Of a stretch of 64,000 nucleotides of DNA, positions 28,701 through 45,667 are shown piece by piece (position 1 is the first letter of the stretch; the number at the start of each line of letters is the position of its first letter). The notes below the pieces were generated by a model that searched no databases, had not been told where the DNA came from, and saw only the letters and a program-made list of their open reading frames with translations. The translations under genes and the position numbers were made by a program. Origin of the DNA: Perkinsus chesapeaki ATCC PRA-425 (Eukaryota > Protista > Perkinsozoa); contig JAAPAO010000070.1 of NCBI GenBank assembly GCA_013115145.1, positions 28,437-92,436 of the forward strand, read 5' to 3'.

Positions 28701-29493
28701 TAATAGACCACCATTTACATTAGAATCTTATACTAAGTAATAATATATTAGTATTAATAGATATTATTATAATAGGAATGTTATAGAGAAGGTTAAAACA
28801 TCTAATGAGAGAATAGCTGGAACACAGGTAGTATAGTATTATACAAGGTGATAGTAGTATTAGGAACAAGTAGCAGGCATCAAGAATACGAGGACCAGAG
28901 GGGGGTTATGGGGATGATGATATGGATGATGATGACGAGGAGGAGGAGGACTCACCACCACCAACAACATTAGATGATATATTACAAGGGGAGCCTGCAT
29001 GGAATGTTGGAAGGTATACAGACAGGGGAGTGGTGGTAGATGGTGGTGGTCATTGCTGTTGTTGTTATGAAAGGTTATTCCTATCAGCATTAATATTAAC
29101 TAATAATGGTAATATGGATATATTTGATTCAGGGAATAGTGTAAGTATATATGAACACTATTAAGCTACTTGTTATTAGCAGCCTGGATCGACTGGTGCT
29201 GATGATGATACTCATGGTGCTGATGATGGTACTGTAGTACCTACAGCCGATGATATTAATATGAGTCCAGGCTCAAGTGGCGATGATGGTGTGAAAAGGA
29301 AGGAAGGGAGAAAGAAGAAGTATGTCATTATTAATATTACTAATGCTGTTATTATTATTATTATAGATACGGTATTAGACTATTAGATGCTGATAAATGT
29401 GTTAATTATGATGTTGAAGAGGGAGATGATATTGACGTGGGTGATAATAATATAGCATCCAGAAGAGGGAAGAAGAAGCCACGACGTAAATGA
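25775..29493 (+). CDS. NCAPH2: Condensin II kleisin subunit CAP-H2, many exons
   Basis: N-terminal PLLKDLPKDTAKNWEIDI...PINFAQAAIGLYHSATVYARK|IDSLYLKMYETMELL. C-terminal IYAKVRKWQDQ|VEPLLEEQDNRPPFTLESY...DILQGEPAWNVGR|LFLSALILTNNGNMDI. Both match CAP-H2 N- and C-terminal signatures. Confidence 0.85.
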
Positions 29494-29881
29494 ATTCAAT
29501 CAACTAGTCCATAAACAATGTCTTATGCATTCTTAATTATTTTAATATTTCCTTTCTTCAACTATTGTGTTAGTATTAATATGCATTTCATCATTATATG
29601 CTCATCAGTACTGGCACGTGGTATTCTCGCTCGCCCACTGTACCACCAATTGGCGTGCTGATGTGACAATTAAAAAGTGCAAAACATGCATCTCTTCGCT
29701 TCGCCTTTCATCTTTAGTTCAAGGAAGCCCTCTGATGTTGCGTTGTTGGTATTATTGTACTACATATATTATATTTTGCTCTTGTAAAGCTTAGTAGGTA
29801 GCCATACACTATATGAATATCCTGTTATTTCTTTTAATATGTTAGGGATTACCACCGTTTTACACCCCACCTCAGTAGTTA

Positions 29882-30543
29882 ATGATACCACCTATTATAA
29901 ATCGGAGAGTGGGTCTGTTATCGTCATCATGGTCATATGGTCGTAGATTATTTGCTACAGTAGTTACACCAGCTAATGAGATAGATAAAGGGTCTATTAT
30001 TAAACAAAAATGGAAAGAAGATGGTCCTTCTGAATATTGGGAAATTAATAATGTTAGACAAGTTAAACAAGGTAGACAAGCTGCTCATGTTTCGGTAATA
30101 ATAATACTTGCTATATGTATTATATATGCTCTTTATTAGCTTGAATACACCAATTTAACATCAAATAAGCCAGAGAGATGGAAGGGTAGTACTACTGCTA
30201 AGTTTAATGGTAAGTAGTGATATTAGTAAAAAGCTGCAATAGTAGTAGTCAATGTTGTTGTTGTTGATAGTTGTCAAAGTAGAGAAACAAGCATGTCAAA
30301 TATTATACTGGGATAATGATGAAAAAGTATTCTATGTACAAGATGATGAATTTAATCAGCAAGAGTTACCACAAAGATATGTTAAAGATGCTAGCAAGTT
30401 TTTAAAGAGTAATAATAATAGTAACTATATACGGTATAATAGTGGTTATTATTATAGATGGTGATCAAGTTACATTATGGTTAGATGATGATGAGATAGT
30501 TAAGGTTAGTATACCAACGGCTATATTAGATGCTAATAGATAA
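29882..30543 (+). CDS. efp: Organellar (probably mitochondrial) elongation factor P, domains I-II only, 4 exons
   Basis: The spliced product has a mitochondrial-type presequence MIPPIINRRVGLLSSSWSYGRRLFAT. It continues IDKGSIIKQ...YWEINNVRQVKQGRQAAHVSLEYTNLTSNK (KOW domain with tip loop), then VKVEKQACQILYWDNDEKVFYVQDDEFNQQEL...DASKFLKNGDQVTLWLDDDEIVKVSIP (OB domain II), then a stop. Confidence 0.78.
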
Positions 30544-30670
30544 CCACATGATAATGCATTAAGCAAACAACAGTATTGATGAATATGTTTCGGTATATAA
30601 TATTATTATCATGTTGTGGGTTGTATAGTATATTAATTACATTCATCGATAGTCTAATCACTGGTTTATT

Positions 30671-33421
30671 ATGTCACTTCAGAGCTTTACCCCAACTAGT
30701 GAGATAGAGAATAAAGCAGCATCAATAGTAAAGAGTATACTATCTACTAGTGCAACAGTTACTTCAGCGAACTTTATTAAATCATCTAAAGCAGCCCGTG
30801 TCATATTCACTCGCCCTGATATTGAAGAGTTTGAACCTAGGAAACTATGCCGTCATGTGGTATTTAATAATAATAATAACGTATTTAGCTTACCTGATGT
30901 CCCTTTGGATGAAAGGGTGAAGGCATGGACTGTTAATAATGATGATAAGTGTAGTGAAGCTAGAGTTGTTGTTACCACTACAGTGGCTGATACTAATAGT
31001 GGTGGGGCAGCAGCATCAGCAGGGGGATCAATGTATTTGGAGGTGTATAAGGATGGTTATGAGATGGTTAGAAGGCAGTTACCTAAAGATATACAAGAGG
31101 TTAGAAATGGTGGACCATTTGGTGAATTACAGATGTATAATGATGAATATGTTATTATACCAGCTGAGAGAAGGTTACCTAAATATCCAAAGACATGGTG
31201 GAGTACAGAAATAAAGGATAATAATAATGGTAAATAGGTATGCTAAGGTATTGTATGGATATTAATAAGTGTTAGATAAGGCAGCAGCAGTTATAACACC
31301 TATGGATAAGTTTAGATATAAAGCTAATTTTGGTGAGGAGTTAACTGATGTTAAAGAGCCATGTGTTTATATATATTGTATAAATGATGATAAGTATATT
31401 GATATAACTGAGAGTATTGGTAAAGAGTTTATGAAGGATAAGACAATAGGGTAGTAATAATGTTGGTAATATAATAATTAATACACGTTCCTTACCATTA
31501 CCGTAGATATACTACATTCAGTAGAAATGGTAAAGGACTATTCCTTACAATATATCATAATGGACCAACACCATTAGCTAGAGAGGGTATATCGGTATGC
31601 TTTAATAGGCCTAGTAGTATTTATTATATACCGGATTTTACTACCGCTAATACTATAGTACCTAGTTTAATAACAAAAGGCCTTTATATGGCTATAGGGC
31701 CTAACCCATCAGATGATGGTAATGTTGTTGTTAAGGGTAGGGTGCATTATCATATACTACTGATCATGTTAGGTGAACGTATGGTATTTGTTGGTAAAAG
31801 GGAAGTATTTAATACTCATATAACAGCAATGGAACTATATGTAGTTGATACTAATAGTATGACATATAAAGAGATACCAATACATGGTGATGATAAGTGG
31901 AAAGGTTGGTATTAATACGGATATGGTAATAATTATTAATATGTAATTTAGGTTTATATCTTCATTTACATGAGGAAAGTCGATCCTTAGTACGGTGGGT
32001 GCCACATCCTTCTGGTAACCATGAGGTTATATTAATAACACAGAGTAAGGGGGTATATAGGACATATACCATCAATGTTGATAATGGTAATATTATTAAT
32101 CATATATGGTAATAATAATCACTATTACACCGATACGTAGATGCCTCCCCTACAGGCCGGGTAATGGATCATCATCATCAGAGTTATCTGATGGTCTATC
32201 TGGTTCATGTACCCTATTGGATGTTGGTTATAATAATAATACCCCATATGCATTAGTTATGACACAAAGCTTTGTTAATAGACCAACAATATCATTAGTG
32301 AAGATATCTGATCCTAAATCATATAGTATAAATGTTATGACAACATCACCACCAGTTGAATGGAATGTAATAACTACCTTTACTACTTCACTCTTATCGA
32401 TGTGTAGGGTGGATCAATACCAAGTATATCACTAGTAAAAGGGGAGTATTGTACAGGATGGTTAGTGGTACCTGACCAATGGAATCAACAATTAGTATCT
32501 AGACTACATGGTGGACCACATAGTTTTAGTGCTAATGCATTTATTGGTGAAGTAGCATACTTACTACAAGCAGGCTTTGCTGTGGTATTACCTAACTATC
32601 GGTAGTAATATAGTAAATTGATATTAATGTATATTAATATTAGGGGATCAACATCCTTTGGTTTAGAGTTCTTAGATGCATTACCAGGACATGCTGGTAC
32701 TATGGATGTATATGATTGTAATGATATAGTTACACATGCAGTAGAGGATCTATATAACCTTACTGGTAATTATAATATCAAGATAATGGGTTAATGGTAT
32801 TATTAGGTAAGAAGGTTAATGGTATTAGTGTATTTGGTGGGTCACATGGTGGATTCCTTTGCGGTCATCTCATGGGTGCATCTGATCCTACTATACGTCA
32901 TAGGTAGGGTATGATCATATCATGAGTTAGCCAGACCATGTTTAGATATCAATGTGGTATATTATGGAATCCAGCGGTTGATCTATTATCACAATGCCTT
33001 ACTACTGATATACCAGAATGGTGCTTTGTAGAGGCATTCCCACCTACTACTACTACTAAGCCATCATCGCCTACTTTTACTTATCAATCATTGACTATGG
33101 ATGAGATACAGAGAATGCGTGATGTATCAGCTACTAGATTGACTAATAATGTTGATAAACCAGTACTTGTTCTACTAGGGGAGAGTGATCAAAGAGTGCC
33201 TCATATGGGTGGGTTAAGGTAAGACAATGAAGTGTGAGAATATTGTGACGTAATATTGGCTTATTAGATGGGCTCAAGCAGTATCTGTTAATGGTAAATG
33301 CCCTAGTGTTGATGTTTATATGTATCCAGGTCAAGGTCATGCTATAGATAAACCAGAGTGTAATACTAATACATCAGTATTAATACTATCATATATTATG
33401 GCACATCATCAACCCATATAA
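30671..33421 (+). CDS. APEH: Acylamino-acid-releasing enzyme (S9C peptidase), many exons
   Basis: LHGGPH, AGFAVVLPNY|RGSTSFG, nucleophile GGSHGG, ILWNPAVDL...TDIPEWCFVEA, catalytic Asp in LLLGESDQRVP, and catalytic His in YPGQGHAI. Confidence 0.9.
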
Positions 33422-33540
33422 CTATTGCTTGCCAAAAAAGGCTTATCATTATAATAATGTCGTCGTTGTATTATCATTATCAGTCTAGTTCCCTTAGCTG
33501 ACCACCGTCTTGTTATATTTGAACCACCACCCAATTCAAT

Positions 33541-37430
<3,890 letters not shown>

Positions 37431-37648
37431 AGATATACTCTCATTACAATGCATGATACTAAATATTAATTTAATAATAGTTTCGATATCACTACGACTA
37501 GAACAACAACAACATCAACATCTCGTTACCATCATAATAATAATCTCATGATTTGCACATACCCATATTCTTGTTTGTGTTATGTGGTTTATATTAACTT
37601 ATCTATACTCAGTTGTTATTGGTTGTTAACTACTCTTATTGTCCTATA

Positions 37649-40404
37649 ATGCCTAGGGATTGGAAACAGAACGATGATGGTAATAACAAGAAGAGGCTTA
37701 GTTAAGTGTTGGTATTATGCATTTTAGGAGGCTATGATGATAGCCAAGGGAAGGATAATTGGTATAGGAATAACAATAGGGGCAATGGGGGTAACGGGTC
37801 ATCCTCCTCCTCTTCCTGGGACAAGAATAATAACAGCCGTGGAGGCGGAGGAGGAGGAGGGTATAAGAGTTGGAAGAAGGATGATGATTGGGTAAAGTGG
37901 AGTATAGGGAATTAATTAATAATAATGGATGTTTAGAGTAAGGATAAGAAAGGGACATGGGATGATAAGAAAGGTGATGGTCATCATCATCATCATAGTG
38001 GTGGTGGTGGATGGAAATCATCATCTAACGATACGAATGAGAAGGAGAATAATTCAAATAAGTGGAAATCTTCTGATAATGGTGGTGAGGCGAAGGAAGA
38101 TGGGAGTTGGGGTGATAAGAAGGAATGGAAGGATGATAGTAAGATAGGTGGTGATATTAATGAATATTATCATAATGCTTTGTTGTAGAAAAATGGGATG
38201 ATAAGAAATGGGAATCTAATAAAGATGATGAAGGTGATGGCGGATGGAATAATAGTGGCAAGGATTGGGAGGATATTAAGGGCGGTAATGATGAGAATGG
38301 TGTAGATAAATGGAAGAGTAATACTTATGAAGGTGGTAATAATAATCATATTAATACTATCCTTATTTAAGTATTAGGTGGTAATGATGATGTTGAACAA
38401 CCAGAATCAGAGGAATATGATGAGGATGAGGATGCTGTAGCAGATATGGAGTAGAACTACTACCAGCTGTTGTTATTATTATTATGTATCATACTCCATT
38501 ACTAGATACTCTGATGATTGGAGCTCTACTGTAGTATGGGTTAGGACAGCTACTGTTGGACAGCTTGAGTTTACTGTTGGGGATAAACCTCAGTTTGACA
38601 GTAAATAGCAGCAGCCTGAATCCAGTTGATGGGGTAGTAGTATTCAAATAATAGGTTCAATTGATACATCATCATTATGGAACTTTAAGGTTTATCTTAA
38701 TAGAGGTATTGATGTTGGATAATAGATGTTATAATGACGTATTATCATCACTGTTTAGTACCTGGGTCAAGGCCATTAACTATACCAGTGGTAACTGGTG
38801 ATATGGAAAAGCTTGTCTTTGTCCCGAGAATAGAGTCCAAGGATGATGAGGATATATGGGATAAGGTGGCTAGTAGTGGCTTATCTACTGGACATATCGT
38901 TAAGGTAGGGATAGTATTATATATAATGGTATCATTCTTGTTGTTAGATGTGTATGGGTAAAGATAGTAATGGTATTATAGCATTAGACTATACTAAGGG
39001 TTATGAAGATGATGATGATACTTATCAAAATGGTGGACCGACAAGCTTAACATCAGCTAAGGAGTTCTGGACAGAAGGTAGGTGGATAAGTTGCTGCATG
39101 GATTAGGTTATAGTATGTACTACTACCATCATCATTGTTTAGTGGATGAGATACCTACTCGAAATCTTTGTATTACCCAAGGTGATAGAGTATTATACTT
39201 TGATTCTTGGGCACAACTTGATACACCATACTTATCGGCTACATATTCCACTAGACAGGTGGGTTGATGATATATCATACAGGAGGAAGACACTGTCATT
39301 GTCATCAATATCAGGATCGGACATCAATATTGGCTGGTCATTCTGAGGATCGTAGCTGGGAAGGGTTTACTGTTGGTGTTAAATTGATTAATCCTGATAA
39401 AAGAACTAATAATGGCGGCGGTGGCGGGAATTGGGTAATAGAAGGTAGAATAGTAGGATGGTATATGGTATTTTAGGAAGTTAAGGATAAGGAAGAGGAG
39501 GAAGGGCAAGAGGAGGAGAAGGAGGAACAACAGCATAAGGCTAACTGGTTTAATTTATCACTTAATGGTAATATTATACTCATGACATTACTAAGCAATA
39601 CCTATTTTAGGTGGTAAATTAAACGTGTGGGTCCCTAACAAAGCTGTTAATGATTCTGATGAGAAGGTATTATTAATAATATTCCCACGTATTATATTAT
39701 TATCAAGATACTAATATTCAAGCATACACGTAAAGAGTTATCGTCATGGATAATACCCGAGGCTTGGCTTCGTACTGGTGTATCTGATACAGATGTTGAT
39801 GAAGCCTTATCCTCACCAAATCGTGCTGCCATTAAATCAATGAACGGTTATGTAAGCGAGGCAATTCGGTATCGATGATGCACAGGTTCGATTCTTTGTT
39901 AGGCCTATTATCAACAATTTTATGGTACAGTAAATACACTGTACAAGTCTCCTTCGGATGTCGATGAGGGTGGGGATGCCGGTGCTGTTATAGCAGTACC
40001 CGAAATTAAAGAGAAGCCACGTATTGAAGAACAGGTAAAGGGGGGCTTTAGTTATATTATTGTCACGGTTGATTGTTATAGATAATGATAATGTCAAAGT
40101 CGTTTTGGCAAGAACGTGATGGTAGAGAGGGACGTCTACAACAACTGAGGGAGAAATGTCAAGTTATGAAGGTAATAATAACAATGTGGGGTAATAGTAA
40201 TAGCTGGGGTATAATAATGCATAATAGGATTACAATGACAATCTTACCTCACAGTTGGAAGAGGCTCAGGGATTGTATAAAGAGTTATTCGATAAGGTGC
40301 AACAGATGAAGGAAAAGCTTGGTGTAGGAGGAGGAGGATTATGGTGTTATAAACTATAATCGAATGTTAATATTGAATAGGTGAAGGATGCCGCTACTGC
40401 ATAA
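37649..40404 (+). CDS. Hypothetical protein with a Trp-spaced G/D/K/N-rich N-terminus and coiled-coil-like C-terminus, many exons
   Basis: Exons splice in frame from MPRDWKQNDDG|GYDDSQGKDNW... through a putative globular region to LEEAQGLYKELFDKVQQMKEKL. No family recognised and the end coordinate is approximate. Confidence 0.6.
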
Positions 40405-40574
40405 AGGTGATATTCAAAGGAGAGTATAAATGGACTCACTACTGTCATTGACGATGATGATGCTGTTGTTCTTAGTTTAGCACGTTGATTTTAATAGAGT
40501 TTCTTTGTACGTTGTAAGTAGATGTTATGTATAAAACAATATGAGGATATAAGGCAGTACAGTTGTGGTTATCT

Positions 40575-41530
40575 ATGCCCTCATCTAATCGTAAAGATGA
40601 TGATGAATGTTATCTATCATTCGATTTAGGAATACAATCAACAGTAACTTCTTCACCTATGAATGATATGTTTAATACTTTATCTAAACTTGGTTATCAC
40701 GGATGTGCTATTAATCATAATATATCAGAGTCATCAGTATCATCTCATAACTATACTAGCATACGGCGGCAATTAAATACGGCACTACCAATACTATTAG
40801 ATGATATTACTCAACAGGAGCAACGTGCTATCAAACAGCTTAATAGTTTTGGTGTAGGAGATGGACAAAGCAACTTCATGGTATTAAATCGGATTACTGT
40901 TAAGATGGGTAGATCAGAGAGTCTATGCCATTTAGAAAGGCTACAAAGCTATGATGTAGTAGCATTAGTACCTGAAAGTGATGCTGTTATATGGACACTT
41001 TTGGGGGATGATACATTACGAAGGCAGGTTGATGTTATATCATTGGACCTTAGTCCAAGGAATGGATCCTCTCCCGAAGTAGTGATAGAGTGGTGATGGA
41101 AAGTAAATGGTAAAGATGATGATGTTTAGGTTAATATTAAACGTGGATTAATTGAGGCAATAAGGAAGGCAGGTCTATTCATTGAATTAAATATAGGGGA
41201 TTATATGCGAACTGTTGGGGAACAGAGAGCTGAGATACTTGCTAGAGGTTATAACAATGATAGCAGGGTAGTATTGTTATATTAATAATAGGTGCATATA
41301 TTCTAAGATGGTCTGGTCATGGTGATGGTGTTATATTTACATCTGGTGCATTAACAATAATGGATATTCGTTCACCATATGATATTGATAATTGGGGTCA
41401 TATATGCCTAGAGGAGGGCACTCATAGACATCGTAGATTTATAACTACATCCGAAGCAGTTGTACGTCATGGTATATGGCGGAGGAGTGAATCAGGAATA
41501 ATACTACTCAATACTACTACAGCTACTTGA
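40575..41530 (+). CDS. RPP30: RNase P/MRP subunit p30
   Basis: FDL...LSKLGYHGCAINH, VLNRITV, YDVVALVP, VDVISLDL, LFIELN, VIFTSGA and IRSPYDI follow the order of the Rpp1/RPP30 PHP-fold motifs. Confidence 0.85.
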
Positions 41531-41658
41531 GTAATAACGTATTTACCATAATTATACTATTGTGTTGTTAGTAGTAGATAGTAATAATACCAAGTATGTT
41601 GTTGTACATACCAGTGTATTTTGATGTATACCACTTACTACTATCATACTATTCATAC

Positions 41659-43126
41659 ATGGCCTCCTCCTCCTCCTCCTCTAACAATGGTTTCTCTTGG
41701 TTTGAATATCAATTATTAGCTTTAACTTTAGGTGGTGCTATGTGTGTAGCATTAGCATTATTAGAAGCAGCATTAAGAAAGTGATAACATGACCATATCT
41801 ATAATAAGCAGCACTATAGTACTGTTTAGATATCAGATCCTACCATTATTATATAATGGTATGTTTACTGTAAAAAAGAGAAGGATAAATTGTTTTAATA
41901 TTGATATAACTGATGAGCCTATGGGAAAGGTATATTAATAGTACTAATATTATATATATTACATCTACTTAGGGTATAAGATGTAGAGCTAAGATGAACC
42001 TTCGTTTAACAATGTGTGTGGTGTTATCCTATTTATGGCAGTTTTGTGTAATTGAATATGTTATTAATTCCCAAGGTGATTTCCCAGGTATTACTAGCTC
42101 TATAGTTCTCTAAGATTTACCTTCCTCTACCCTTCCTTCTCAGGTAAAGAGTGTAGGAGTGGTTTTGATTGTTTCTCATCACCATTAAAGTTTGAGACTA
42201 TATTCACTAGAGATATGGATCCTATTGATTGTGATAATGAAGGATTATTCAATCCTAATGGAGATCAACAACTCATTGTTAATTGTATGAAGTTTGTTGA
42301 GCCTAATGCTGCTAATTGGTTAATGCATATTGCTATATCACATTCATTATGGCTCCTAGTAATATACATTATTAGGAATTGGTAATAGATCAATCTTTTG
42401 AGGTAACCAAAGCATTTGAACTAACTGTTTGGATGGCTAGTGGTAACCAAGCTCTGTCTAAGTTTATGCTCGTATTACTTATAGTGTAAGTAATATTATC
42501 ATTATGACTACCTACTATTCTTAATTAGTTATACCATTGCGGCCATTGTATTGTTCTTTGGTGGTTTTTTATTAGAGTTTGCCTCATCTTGGATAGGATT
42601 TGTAGTAACATTATCATTCCCATTATTTATAGCTATATCACGGTAATACCACCACCGTTCCTTATCTCCTATCATAGCCCTAAATATGAGCAGGCAAACA
42701 TCATTACTACTGAGAGACCTTAGACGTGCTGAAATAATGCGTATTAGAGCTTCCGAGTATGCAGACTTTGGTACAGCAGTTGAGGCATGGACTGCTACTA
42801 CTGCTGGAGTGAACCAAGATAATAATACAACACAGGAGGACCTATCAATGGAGCAGAGGCAGACAGCATCATCATCATCGTCATCAGCAGCAGCAGCAGC
42901 GGCATCAGATGTAGTGAAACTGTTTACTCGATTTATTGAATACCTTATATAGGAACATAATAATAATTATTATGATGATAGCAGCCTTAATGATGGTGCT
43001 GAAGGTATGCGTAAAAGGGTTAATAGAGCTATGCACGAGATATTCAATCGTGATACTAATGAGATGACATTGGATATTGGTATTGTTAATGTTCAACTTA
43101 CATCTACAACAACAAATAATGATTGA
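41659..43126 (+). CDS. Hypothetical multi-pass membrane protein, many exons
   Basis: Several hydrophobic segments (YQLLALTLGGAMCVALALL; LTMCVVLSYLWQFCVI), a Cys-containing loop (CRSGFDCF...IDCD...NCMKF) and a charged C-terminal tail. Confidence 0.6.
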
Positions 43127-43285
43127 CAGAACCAATGAATACTAAGTCGATATTGAAGTGTGAGCGGCGCTACAGCGGCGCTGACACTTCAATGTATAAT
43201 ATCATAACCATGTTTAACATTTCTTGTTCTTCTTTATCTTGTTCAGTTTTAGTGTATATCTATCATCCTACAGTATCATTCCTTT

Positions 43286-44641
43286 ATGCATCCCCTTACT
43301 GCTGCTTCCTCCAATACCCATCATCATCATCCGCAGCATCGTACCAGGCATGGTGGTGTTATAATCCTTATTGCTTTGGCTGTTGTCTGTATCACACACT
43401 TTCAACGCTTTACACTTACACAAGTAACAACAGGAACCACAACTCAAAGGCTACCATATGAAGAACTAATTCGACAACCATCAGGAGGTGAGTCTTTCTA
43501 AACTATGAGACAACAACGTGTTTGATGTCAGGTGTATTTCGTGGCGCGGTGACTAGTGAGGACCTTCACAGTCATCGTAAGCAGCAGCAGCAGCCAAGAT
43601 ATCCATTACATATCAGTCCTGGTTGGCTAATAGCACCTCTTATAGCTGGTATTGCCCTTACTGGGTTAGCTATGAGGAAGAGATATAATAAAAAGAATAA
43701 TAAAAAGTTTACAATAGCAATAGATGGTCCTGCTGGAAGTGGAAAGAGTGCTGTTGCTGAGATGCTTGCTAATAGGTTAAGTGGGTAATAATAGTAATAT
43801 CCTATCAGTTATGATATAGTAATAAGTGTATTTAGATTCACTAAACTTGATAGTGGTGCACTTTATCGTAGTATAGCATTATTTGTTGATGAAGGGGATA
43901 TTAAAGGTGGTATAGAGTCTTTAGCTAATGAGACTATACGGGCATTCTTGGATAAGGTTATCTTTACTGATGATAAGAGAGTGTTTATTGGTAGTAATAA
44001 TAATGCTGTAAATTGTTAGTAGATAATATAGCTAATAGGTAATAGAGATATAACCGATGCTATACGATCACCACCTATATCATTATTAACTGCTAAAGTA
44101 GCACAGATACCACAAGTTAGAAGTGCTGTTGTCGATTCTTTAAGAACACGAGCACAGAACAGTAAAGAAGGGGTTGTTATTGAAGGAAGAGATACAGGTG
44201 CTAATATAAGTGAGGTTTATATAAACTTACCTATTAATTGTCTTGTCTTTTATATATTTTAGGATCAGTAGTATTCCCTGATGCTCAAGTTAAAGTGTAT
44301 TTAGATGCATCTGCTGAGGAGAGAGCTAGACGCCGTCAAAGGCAAATAGGTAATAATCGACCTTACCTCGTCTGCTGCATTATCAGAAATACGTAATAGG
44401 TGGTGACTTTGCCAAAACATTAACTGATATTAAAGCTAGAGATCAGGCTGATTTTACACGTAAACTTGATCCTTTGAAGGTGGCTGATGGAGCTGTAATA
44501 ATAATGGTATATAAGAATGTAAGATATGTTTAGGTTGTGATGGATTCGACTGGATGGAGTGTAGAGAAGACTGTAGATGAGATTACTAAACTAGTCTTTA
44601 AAAGACGCCCACGTACCAAGATAAGATCAACAACTGAATAG
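43286..44641 (+). CDS. cmk: Bacterial-type cytidylate kinase with a long N-terminal presequence, multi-exon
   Basis: [32 protein letters not shown]|[47 protein letters not shown] and [14 protein letters not shown] are all diagnostic of Cmk. Confidence 0.93.
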
Positions 44642-45372
44642 ATGATATAGCAACAACACTTGTGCGCAGCAGCAGTTATTGTTGATAATACTAATGTTGT
44701 GTTACATTATTGATAATACACCTATTAAACGCAAATGTGATCAGCAGCATACAACAATGTTCATAATACAAATTATAATTACCATTATTATTGCAGCAGG
44801 TATGGCAGCTTTGTCAACTGTAACTGCATTGGAAGCATTACTACTGAAGAGTCGGAGCATAGCGTTCTTATTATAGTGGATAAATACCCACAGTTACCCG
44901 ATCAACATAATAGCGGCGGCCACGAATATCACAACTGCTATCACTAACGGTTTACCGCCCAGTCGCAGCACTGGAGAATCGATGGATGAAAGGAAACAAG
45001 GAAATCACACAATTAAGAATGACTACAATACTGTTAAGAGGTATACCAAGCCTGCTAGACACGAGCGCGGCAGCATATCATTACATACAAATAATATGAA
45101 AGGTAATTTAACAATCAGGATTTTTAGCAAGGTAACGCATGGCATGAAATTGGTTACTCTAGATAATCGATAAACCCCCCTTCACTATAACACAAGATAA
45201 AGAATACAGACCTTGGAAGCCGCCGTTATTGTGTACAGGATCGCCGACTACCGGTCAGAGTGATAGTAGCAAACTGCTGGTGCTGCTGCTGCTAACACCT
45301 TCCTCCACAAGTAGTAGCTAGAGATCATCAACACGTAAATATACCAATGAGCGCGAGAGAAGTCGTAGTAGC

Positions 45373-45667
45373 TTAGTCCTTTCTGCGGAAGGAAGTACCT
45401 TCAGTAAGACGAGCGCGACCACCAGTGGGCTGGCAGATCATCACATTGCAGTTACCGCAAAGGACGACAGTCTGGGCGTGCCTAAAATGATATATTATCT
45501 ACAATTATCCCTATTATTATCCCTTATTACGAGAAGACGGTAGTGATCTGGGAGCAGCCGGGGCACTTAACATCCATGAAGTAGGAGTTAGGAGACTGTA
45601 CCAAACGCTTCAGCTTATGCTTGGACTTCTCGAGTTCGGGATCAGGATGGAGGAGATCGACGTTCAT
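45373..45667 (-). CDS. RPS27: 40S ribosomal protein S27 (eS27), 2 coding exons
   Basis: [46 protein letters not shown]|[35 protein letters not shown]. Confidence 0.97.

Noticed and set aside
44679-45173. Short hydrophobic ORFs between cmk and RPS27
   Set aside because: No consistent exon chain or family signal on either strand. These may be UTR sequence.
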